From Bacillales bacterium UBA4682 (GTDB lineage: Bacteria > Bacillota_I > Bacilli_A > RFN20 > CAG-288), in NCBI GenBank assembly GCA_002404995.1, contig DHKY01000014.1, forward strand, positions 7,524 to 71,523: a stretch of DNA of 64,000 bases, read 5' to 3'. Positions 56,310 to 64,000 of this stretch are shown here, one piece after another; positions within the stretch are counted from its first letter, which is position 1; each line of letters starts with the position of its first letter. The translations under genes were made by a program, and so were the position numbers. The notes beneath the pieces were generated by a model. That model saw only the letters and a list, made by a program, of their open reading frames with translations, searched no databases and was not told the DNA's origin.

Positions 56310-59177
56310 ATGAAAAAAATCAAAAAAGTTTTTGTAGTTTCTTCATTGCTGTTTTTCCCATTAACTGGAACACTGACAAGCTGTCAGCCAAAGACCAGCG
56401 AGGAAATCAAGTACGGAACTGTTTCGGTTGCTGAGGGCATCACCGGTGGCACAGTCAGTGCAACCAAGCTCGGCAATGTAGCTCTGGATACGGAAATCAC
56501 TATCCTTGCAAGTCCGGATGATGGATATGAAGTCGACTCCTACTTTTTAAATGATACAAAGCTTGACTCCAATACCTTTAAGGTAAAAGAAGGTTCGAAC
56601 ATCATCAAAGCCACTTTCAAGCAGACCACCCCGCTGACCGAATTCGGAACCGTGGAAGTCATTTCTGCCAAAGTCACAAACGGAACCATCGTAGCCAGAC
56701 TCGAAGACGGAACTCTCATCGATAAATCAAACAAGAGATTCAAAGCGGGTACCAAAGTCTTTGTCGAACCCACTCCAGTGAACAAAGCCTATCAGATTAC
56801 TTCGATCAAATTAAACGATACGACTGCCGTCAATAAAGATGCGGATGGAAAATATTCTTTCCTTGTTACAGAAGGAAAGAACTTCCTTGGTGCTGATTTC
56901 GGTTTGATTCATCCTGGAAAGGGTTTGATTGACTTAGATAGCTCCTATAAGAACGGAACCGTCGTTATCAAAAACGGAGACACCATCGTCAACAGCGGTG
57001 ATGCTATCGGCAAAGACACGGAATTAAAAATAACCGCTACCGCCGAGGATAAATACATTGTCCGCTATGTCAAAGTCAACGGAAAAGAGCTGACAAAAGG
57101 CGAGAACGAAGATAGCTATTCTTTCAAAGTCAACGAAGGCTTAGTCTCCATTGAAGTCAGCTTTGTTTTCAAAGCAACATCCCTATCCATCAACATTCCA
57201 GATAGCTGGATCAAGGTCGAAAGCCGTTGGGGAAACTATTATTTAGTCGAGCAAGGAGAAACCTATGACTTAGGAGTCACCCTTACACCAGAAGGCAGCT
57301 TTGCTGACTTATCCTGGAAGAAGGGCGATACCGATAAGGACATTGAAGTCAAGGACGGCAAACTCACAGTCCTTAATGCAAGCGAGAACACAAACACGAT
57401 TATCGTCAGTTTAACAGACAACGATTCCATTGAAGCGGAAGTCAATGTCAAGCCGATTTCAAGCGGAACAAGGCTCGCAAGGAAACTGAAAGACAAGCTG
57501 GAAGCGGCCAAGACCTATGAGATTGCAAACACGAAGAAAGTCACATTCCGTTCAATTGTCAATGATGACTATACGAATGAAAACAACCAGTTCGATTTTG
57601 AAACCTATTCCGATGGATATACGGTAACCAAGAAGACGGATAAAGAAGGTGCCTCAAGCTACCTCTATCAAGGCATCAACGATAATACGTTCTATACCTT
57701 AAAGAAGGAAGGCGCAAAGGTCTCTTCTTTGTCTAGCACGGATATTGATGACAGCAACAAAGCGGATTACCAGGATTATCTCAAGACCTTTGGTTCTGTT
57801 GAGTTCTTAGACAATAACGGATTAGGAACCAAATACACAGGTCTGGCAGATCTGTATCAGAAGAGGATTATTGACCAGACCTTCTCTCTCGATGGCGATC
57901 AGAAGGAAATCCGTGCTTCGCTTGTCGGATTGAAAGATGATGAAGGATACAAATTCACCTCCACCTGCACGACGACCGGTCTCCGTAGAGTGAAATATAA
58001 GACCGATGTCACTTCTCTCCTCTCCTTCAATGCTCAGGGCGGCATTGAATCCATCTCCTATAAACGCGTCGATCATCAGATTGACGATGACGGAAATCTT
58101 GTTGCCAGTGCCAAAGACCAGATTACCGAATATACTGCCACCATCGAATACGGTGCAAAAGAGGCCGATCCGAACCACTATTTCAATTTCAACGACTACT
58201 ACTACACTGCCTTTGATTTGAGTCTCTATACGAATAAATCCGATAAGGAAGGAAGCAAGCTGACTATGGATTCCGATGGAAAGTATCACCTTTATGTCTC
58301 CCAGTATGCTTACGGAAATCTCACCGGAATCGTTCCGGAAACTGCTTTATCCGATATTGACGACATCACGGTCACAAAGGATTCTGGAATCAATGCCTAC
58401 GGAAGCGTAAAGTACGGATATACCTTCTATTCGGTGAAAGCCGGCGAATACCACGTTACCCTTGCAAGCAAGAATGTGACAAAGACTCTTACTTTCGTTA
58501 TCGAATATGCACCGATTGAGAAAATCGAATTTAAAACCGTACCCGACTCCCTCTATTTCGATGCTAAGAGCGAAATCAAGGCAACAGTCTCTCCTAGCGG
58601 TGTCGAGAACAGCAATGTCACTTACACCATTGAAGGTGAAGACTTAGGCTGCTCGATTGTCAAAGAAGGAAGCAAGTACAGGCTTCAGGCGGGTTCGACG
58701 GCTGGAACAATCACTGTCAAGGCAACAGCCGATGGCGACAAGAGCAAATCCGTTGCTAAGTCAGTTGTAATCAAAGAGGTGCCTTCCATCTATGAGTCCA
58801 TCAAAGGAAATTCCTATAGGAAGTCAGAGATGGACTATAGCACTTATGACACTACCTATTACACGGTTTCCTTCACGGATGTTTCCAAAGATGTCCTCAA
58901 AGGTACCTTAGTCATCGAAACAGAAGGCTATTATTCGGAAAAGACTACCCTTGCTACCTTTACCTTCGATGTCCAAGTGAAGGGTGCTACCTTGACTCTC
59001 ACCAATATCACCTGCACCAATGATTCCTTGAAAGACAAGCTTTCCAGCACAAGGAGTGGAAATCTGAAGTCCGACGGAACTTTGGATAGCATTAACATTA
59101 CCTATAACGGAACAACTCTGAAACTGCCTAAGAAATCCTCTAGCAGGGAAGGCGGCGAAGGCGGCTTGGATTGGTAA
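56310..59177 (+). CDS. Very large surface lipoprotein (955 aa) with multiple Big-like/Ig-like domains.
   Basis: MKKIKKVFVVSSLLFFPLTGTLTSC lipobox. Repeated beta-rich modules. Confidence 0.6.
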   Translation: MKKIKKVFVVSSLLFFPLTGTLTSCQPKTSEEIKYGTVSVAEGITGGTVSATKLGNVALDTEITILASPDDGYEVDSYFLNDTKLDSNTFKVKEGSNIIKATFKQTTPLTEFGTVEVISAKVTNGTIVARLEDGTLIDKSNKRFKAGTKVFVEPTPVNKAYQITSIKLNDTTAVNKDADGKYSFLVTEGKNFLGADFGLIHPGKGLIDLDSSYKNGTVVIKNGDTIVNSGDAIGKDTELKITATAEDKYIVRYVKVNGKELTKGENEDSYSFKVNEGLVSIEVSFVFKATSLSINIPDSWIKVESRWGNYYLVEQGETYDLGVTLTPEGSFADLSWKKGDTDKDIEVKDGKLTVLNASENTNTIIVSLTDNDSIEAEVNVKPISSGTRLARKLKDKLEAAKTYEIANTKKVTFRSIVNDDYTNENNQFDFETYSDGYTVTKKTDKEGASSYLYQGINDNTFYTLKKEGAKVSSLSSTDIDDSNKADYQDYLKTFGSVEFLDNNGLGTKYTGLADLYQKRIIDQTFSLDGDQKEIRASLVGLKDDEGYKFTSTCTTTGLRRVKYKTDVTSLLSFNAQGGIESISYKRVDHQIDDDGNLVASAKDQITEYTATIEYGAKEADPNHYFNFNDYYYTAFDLSLYTNKSDKEGSKLTMDSDGKYHLYVSQYAYGNLTGIVPETALSDIDDITVTKDSGINAYGSVKYGYTFYSVKAGEYHVTLASKNVTKTLTFVIEYAPIEKIEFKTVPDSLYFDAKSEIKATVSPSGVENSNVTYTIEGEDLGCSIVKEGSKYRLQAGSTAGTITVKATADGDKSKSVAKSVVIKEVPSIYESIKGNSYRKSEMDYSTYDTTYYTVSFTDVSKDVLKGTLVIETEGYYSEKTTLATFTFDVQVKGATLTLTNITCTNDSLKDKLSSTRSGNLKSDGTLDSINITYNGTTLKLPKKSSSREGGEGGLDW

Positions 59178-59191
59178 GGAGATAGTAAAAA

Positions 59192-60313
59192 ATGAAAAAG
59201 ACAAAATTAATCACTCTGTTATCTCTTGTGCTCCTTTCCGGATGCGCAAAAGAAACTGTCAATGAAGTTAAGCTGAACGAATTAAAGGACATCGTCTGTC
59301 TCAAGGACACCTTAGTCCAAGGAGAACAGATTCAGCTAGCCGCCGAGGCTCCGTCCAACATCGATATCAAATGGTCGGTATCGAACGATTTGGCCTCGAT
59401 TACGGATCAAGGACTATTGACTGTCAAAAACAAAGACGGTTCCTTTATCGTAACTGCCAGCTATGGAGAGAAGGATGAGTTCAAAGCCTCCAAGCTCTTC
59501 ACAGTCCATACTCCTAGTATCAAAGAGCTGACAAGAATCAGGTACAATGCAGGAAGCGAATATAATTACACCGTCACTTGGACCGGTGAACTCCTTGACA
59601 GTAAGAAGAATCCAGTCACCAAGAACGATATCCAGAAGAACGAGAAAACGGATGGAGACAATGATCCTGTCTCGCTCTATGAGGACTTAGTCGAGAAAGG
59701 CAATGTCTATAAAGCGGAGAAGGATGGTTATTACTCTAAATACGGAATCGATGGAAACGGAAACGAATACGAGGGCGGAGGATATAACTCTCCGGATGGA
59801 TATGTCCACAACTATGATTTCGTCAATGGAAAGTTCACAGAGAGCGGCATCGATCAGTTCTTAGGAAGGGCAGGTATCCACGACTATAAAGAAGGATACA
59901 CGGGCGACCTATCCAAGTTCGCCGATGATGAGTTCAAGATTGAAGACTCTGGATTAGAATTGAACGAAGACAAATCCTATTTCATCTATGATTCAAAGAA
60001 AGACACAAACGACTACAAGGGTCTGACCTCGTACTCGATTGACTATTCTATTCCGCAGGTTGTCTTCAACACCGTGGATGGCTCCTATGCAAATAGCTTC
60101 AATAGCCAAGGATTCTTTGAAGATCTGAAGGGAAAGATTTCCTATACGGATAAAGAAGTCAACAGGGAATTCGATTTCAAGGATGTTGCCCTAAGCGATT
60201 CCGGGAATTCCTATACGTACCGGGCAAAGTTCAAGATTTCCGATGTCGGCACTACGGTTATTCCTGGACTTGCCGAACAGATTGCAAAAGACAAAGAGAA
60301 CTTGAAAAAGTAA
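59192..60313 (+). CDS. Surface lipoprotein (373 aa) with a Big_2-like domain.
   Basis: MKKTKLITLLSLVLLSGC lipobox. Ig-like IKWSVSNDLASITDQGLLTVKNKDGSFIVTASYG. Confidence 0.55.
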   Translation: MKKTKLITLLSLVLLSGCAKETVNEVKLNELKDIVCLKDTLVQGEQIQLAAEAPSNIDIKWSVSNDLASITDQGLLTVKNKDGSFIVTASYGEKDEFKASKLFTVHTPSIKELTRIRYNAGSEYNYTVTWTGELLDSKKNPVTKNDIQKNEKTDGDNDPVSLYEDLVEKGNVYKAEKDGYYSKYGIDGNGNEYEGGGYNSPDGYVHNYDFVNGKFTESGIDQFLGRAGIHDYKEGYTGDLSKFADDEFKIEDSGLELNEDKSYFIYDSKKDTNDYKGLTSYSIDYSIPQVVFNTVDGSYANSFNSQGFFEDLKGKISYTDKEVNREFDFKDVALSDSGNSYTYRAKFKISDVGTTVIPGLAEQIAKDKENLKK

Positions 60314-60314
60314 A

Positions 60315-62282
60315 ATGAAACGCAGAATCAAATTCCTTCTTTTTTCCTCTCTTCTTTTCTCCTCCGCTTCCGCTTTGGCTTCCTGCAATCCAGGGACTGT
60401 CATAGCAGAGCCTTTGAAGATCGAGGGAGATAGCAAAGCCTACCTAGGCAATACCTATCAATACAAGACCAATAAGGAAGGTGCTGTTTTTTCTGTCAGC
60501 GATGACTCTATTGCCATCATTTCAAACAAGGGAATCCTGACTCCGTTCAAAGAAGGCAAAGTGACAGTCTATGCCCAGTACCAAGACGAAAAAGCACAGA
60601 TCGATGTCACAATCTATCCTGAAAAGGACTATAAGACCTATGCCCTTGAGATTACCTCTCTTCCCTCTAAGCTTTCCTATAACACGGGAGATACTCTCGA
60701 TAAAACCGGTAGGAAGGTCAGTGTCGTCACCTATATCGAGGGTGAAGCCACTAAGAAGCAGGAAACGACGAACTATGAAACCGACTTTGATGGAAAGAAG
60801 TTCACCGAGGCTGGTGAAATCAAAGTCACGGTTTCCTCCAAGAATAATTACTTTGACATTGCATCCACAAGCTTCACTGTCAATGTGTCGGATACCTACA
60901 AAGGAATCCGAGATCAGATTTCCTCTCTGAGCACAAGGACAAACTATACCTTAGAATTCACGAACGGAACAATCAGCTACCTTGCCAAGTATACGGATAA
61001 AGGATTTTCAAACGGTATCTTTGACAAGAGCCATGGCTACATCGATATCAACGAGAAAAACGGAACTGTCAACCAGAGGGTTTTCCTCAACAAAGACGGA
61101 ATCCTGAATGCATCCTTCTACAAAGAGAACAATGTTCTGAAATACGAGGTCAACAACGACTATTATGTCGACTCAAGCACCGGAGAAAGATATAAGCCGG
61201 ATTCCTTATATTCCGTCTCCTCCTTCGATTTCCGTCCGCAGATTGATCAAGACGAGCTGAAGAAATCCCTCTCCAGCGATGATGCTTCCTACACTTTCTC
61301 GGGGTCTGCCCTTTCTTCTTTCTTCCAGGGGCTTGGTTTCAGCAAGGATGAAATTTCCAGCCTTACCCTTTCTGCACAAAAGGATCTAAACAAAGACAGC
61401 CAGATCTACTCAATCAGTAATTCGCTCCTCTCCCTAAAGGTCTATGATATCGGAAAAACCGAAATCACAGAGTTAAAGGATATCCGGGATACCTTAAAAG
61501 GCGTCAATCAGTACAGTCATATCATCGACTTCAGGAACGATATCAAATTAGAGGACGAACAGAGCTATACCTTAGAAGACTTTCCTTCCTTGGACGGAAC
61601 CTATAACTACTACCGCAACGATGACAATGAGAGCGACAACAGCTGTGCCCTAGTCGGCGAAGCAAGGAGCAATCCTCTTCCTGCTTTTGATGAAAAGAGG
61701 AAAAATCTTTCCTTTGATATCTCCTTGAAGCTGAACGACTACCAAGGTCTTAGCATCCGTCAGTACCTTTCCAAAGACAAGACCTGGCTTTTCTCCATCA
61801 GGTATGATGATACCAATCATCTTGTCTCCTATGTGGTCTTCTACTACCAGGGAAGCTTCGATAACTACCTGAGCAAAGACAAATACCACAGCCTCATTGA
61901 GAAACGTCTGGAACTGACATCTTCCTCTCTCTTCGATGAAGTCTATGATAAGGTCTGTTTCTTCTCCAATCGGTCCCTCTCGGATACTGTCTTAGAGAAG
62001 GCAAGCTACCGCCAGCTGAAAGACAAGAGCGGAAACAACCTTCTCCAGATCGAAACCGATGTCTTAGACGAGAAGACCGCAAAGACAGCCGTGAACACTA
62101 TCCAAAGCTTATTGGAAGCAAGCTCCTTTACGAAGAACGAAGTTAAAGACAAAGACGGAAATATCTCCCATATCTTCACAAAGCAGATGGATGGAAAAAC
62201 ATTAAGCGCCCAAGTCGGCTATCGCTTAGATACCTCTTCTGCCATTCCGTCCAACAAACTATTAGTTCTCTTCCAGAGTTAA
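60315..62282 (+). CDS. Surface lipoprotein (655 aa) with a Big_2-like domain.
   Basis: MKRRIKFLLFSSLLFSSASALASC lipobox. Starts 2 bp after the upstream stop. Confidence 0.55.
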   Translation: MKRRIKFLLFSSLLFSSASALASCNPGTVIAEPLKIEGDSKAYLGNTYQYKTNKEGAVFSVSDDSIAIISNKGILTPFKEGKVTVYAQYQDEKAQIDVTIYPEKDYKTYALEITSLPSKLSYNTGDTLDKTGRKVSVVTYIEGEATKKQETTNYETDFDGKKFTEAGEIKVTVSSKNNYFDIASTSFTVNVSDTYKGIRDQISSLSTRTNYTLEFTNGTISYLAKYTDKGFSNGIFDKSHGYIDINEKNGTVNQRVFLNKDGILNASFYKENNVLKYEVNNDYYVDSSTGERYKPDSLYSVSSFDFRPQIDQDELKKSLSSDDASYTFSGSALSSFFQGLGFSKDEISSLTLSAQKDLNKDSQIYSISNSLLSLKVYDIGKTEITELKDIRDTLKGVNQYSHIIDFRNDIKLEDEQSYTLEDFPSLDGTYNYYRNDDNESDNSCALVGEARSNPLPAFDEKRKNLSFDISLKLNDYQGLSIRQYLSKDKTWLFSIRYDDTNHLVSYVVFYYQGSFDNYLSKDKYHSLIEKRLELTSSSLFDEVYDKVCFFSNRSLSDTVLEKASYRQLKDKSGNNLLQIETDVLDEKTAKTAVNTIQSLLEASSFTKNEVKDKDGNISHIFTKQMDGKTLSAQVGYRLDTSSAIPSNKLLVLFQS

Positions 62283-62283
62283 T

Positions 62284-62325
62284 CAAAAAAGCCCTGTCCA
62301 ATTCATGAAACAGGGCTTTTTCTTT
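62284..62325. terminator. Intrinsic terminator after the lipoprotein operon.
   Basis: AAAAAAGCCCTGTCCaattcatgaaACAGGGCTTTTTCTTT. Confidence 0.6.
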
Positions 62326-62613
62326 GGATATATGATCTTTGTGTAATAGAAAAAGTTGATTGTCTGTCTTAGATGGATTGGAAAGTTTATTCCAACCTAT
62401 AGCTATCGGGTTCTCGAACGTTTCCTCAGAAAACTAAGTTTCCATCCTTTTTCTGCCTTAAGTCAGACCCGGTTTTTATATGGGTGATTAAGCATGATTT
62501 ATTCATTTCACCGAATAGAGTTTATTCAAAACACCGAATCTGTATTATTCATTTCACCGAATAACACGGAAAAGGGACGGCTTTCCTAATTTGGCAAGCC
62601 AGCCCTTTCCGCT

Positions 62614-64000
62614 TTACATTTTGCTGATTCTGTATTCGGAGATTTCTTTTTCCTTTTCTTTCCTATCGTAAATAGAAAGATGATCATCCCCGACGAGTTT
62701 GATGGAAGAAGTATCGATATGGATACGTACCTTGTCTCCAATCGAATAGCCTTCTTTATAAGGAACATAAAGATGTGAAATAGGAGATTCAAAGGATTCT
62801 TCGTAATTCAGGCTCCGGTTCAGTTCAAGACGAGAAAGACGCGTGGTTCCGTAAACGCCGTCCCCTTCATAAACCGCTTCAATTTCGCCATCTTCTTGGA
62901 AAGATACAGTATCCGGGGTTAGAACCCTCTTAACCCGATGGGCTCCATTTCGGTAGACAGGATGGAGTTCTTCTTTTTTAAGGAAATCAAGAGTGAGTTT
63001 CCTGCCATTTTCGAGAAGGAAATAGTAATCCCCGTTTTCTTCTTCCAAATAGCCTTTCCTTCCAAAGAGATTGCTCCGCGGAGTTAAGAAGAGAGATTTC
63101 TCATACCTCTCATCGTCTTCAAAGAAATGAATCTTTTCCGGAGGAATCCTGAGAGAAACAACATCGTCTTTATTAGCATCAACACGCCCTGGGACCTTGA
63201 TAACCAATGAAGTCTCGCTGTCGGAATTTGAAACATCCCCTCTCTCCAAATCAAAATCGGTATAGAGGATTGTTTCGTTGCCTAAGACTTCTAGGATATT
63301 AACTTTAGTTTTGAACAATCCATCTTCCGATACCTTGATATCATCCGGACGGATTCCAAGAATCCTCTTATGAGGATTCCCGTCAAGAACCTTACGATTA
63401 AGCTCTTTGAGTTTGGACAATGGGAACGCCCTTTCTCTCCCATGAGTAACAAAAACAAATTCATTTTCTTTCTTCTGTCCCATTCCTTCATAGAAGTTCC
63501 TCTGAGGAGTCCCTAAAAAGCCGGCAACAAAACGATTCTTCGGATAATCAAAGATATTTGTAGGAGTATCAACCTGCTGAACAACGCCTTTGTTCCTGAC
63601 CACAATCCGACTTCCCCTAGTCCTAGCTTCAACTTGATCGTGCGTAACATAGATGAATGTCGTCTTCAGTTTCTCGAAAAGACGTGTGATTTCGACCCGC
63701 CTTGTTGCTCTCAGCTTGGCATCAAGATTCGATAACGGTTCATCCAAAAGGAATATTTTCGGTCGGCGGACAATAGCACGTCCTAAAGCAACACGCTGAC
63801 GCTGTCCACCCGACATAGCCCCTGGCTTGCGATTGAGAAGTTCTTCAATATCAAGAATCTTAGCCGCTGCATGAATCCGTTGATCGATTTCTTCTTTCGG
63901 AACATGGCGGTTCTTTAATCCAAATGCCCTGTTCTGGTAAGCAGTCCTATGTGGGTAAAGAGCATAGTTCTGGAAGACCATGGCAATGTCTCGGTAGTTC
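62614..64000 (-). CDS. Sugar ABC transporter ATP-binding protein (MalK/MsmK/UgpC-like), 5'-partial. The N-terminus, including Walker A, lies beyond the window end.
   Basis: Q-loop [10 protein letters not shown], signature [14 protein letters not shown], Walker [14 protein letters not shown]-loop VTHD, and a C-terminal TOBE-like domain. The ORF is open to nt 64000. Confidence 0.8.
   Translation of the reverse strand, partial: NYRDIAMVFQNYALYPHRTAYQNRAFGLKNRHVPKEEIDQRIHAAAKILDIEELLNRKPGAMSGGQRQRVALGRAIVRRPKIFLLDEPLSNLDAKLRATRRVEITRLFEKLKTTFIYVTHDQVEARTRGSRIVVRNKGVVQQVDTPTNIFDYPKNRFVAGFLGTPQRNFYEGMGQKKENEFVFVTHGRERAFPLSKLKELNRKVLDGNPHKRILGIRPDDIKVSEDGLFKTKVNILEVLGNETILYTDFDLERGDVSNSDSETSLVIKVPGRVDANKDDVVSLRIPPEKIHFFEDDERYEKSLFLTPRSNLFGRKGYLEEENGDYYFLLENGRKLTLDFLKKEELHPVYRNGAHRVKRVLTPDTVSFQEDGEIEAVYEGDGVYGTTRLSRLELNRSLNYEESFESPISHLYVPYKEGYSIGDKVRIHIDTSSIKLVGDDHLSIYDRKEKEKEISEYRISKM

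Noticed and set aside
1-64000. CRISPR arrays, rRNA genes or complete tRNA genes.
   Set aside because: No regularly spaced short direct repeats, no rRNA-like conserved blocks, and no additional GGTTCRANYCC T-arm motifs were found beyond the two partial copies described.

Overview
Low-GC, Firmicutes-like accessory region that is a mosaic of three kinds of content. (1) A decayed defense/mobile island at ~1.2-16.6 kb and 20.9-22.9 kb. It contains an HNH endonuclease, a frameshifted AP2-domain gene, a GmrSD-like type IV restriction enzyme with an unrecognisable 479-aa neighbour, and a GHKL ATPase truncated into a Fic C-terminal fragment. It also contains a GC-rich IS1595-family remnant, a family of MITE-like elements with 24-bp terminal inverted repeats, and two COG1373 (AAA_14/DUF4143) ATPase genes each bracketed by its own direct repeat. 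Further content is three DinJ/RelB antitoxin genes with dead or missing toxins and an AbiL-like ATPase + RloB pair. (2) Housekeeping islands: zur-znuACB, an isochorismatase, TcdA, a cation/proton antiporter, and a partial MalK-like ABC ATPase at the window end. (3) Extensive surface-protein loci: two very large GH3 glycosidases (one with a (GDK)n collagen-like stalk) next to an AgrC/LytTR-type two-component system; many Big-domain lipoproteins; a secreted papain-like peptidase translationally coupled to a small lipoprotein; and a sipW-tasA-like fibre operon. The operon's large subunit fuses a SipW-cognate N-terminus to a parallel beta-helix, and its first gene carries a G10 homopolymer. The most unusual non-coding signal is a ~350-400-nt element with its own extended -10 promoter and intrinsic terminator. 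It is present as two diverged inverted copies plus a third 3' fragment, and the fragment and the full copy flank the HNH segment as direct repeats. I could not assign it to any known RNA family.
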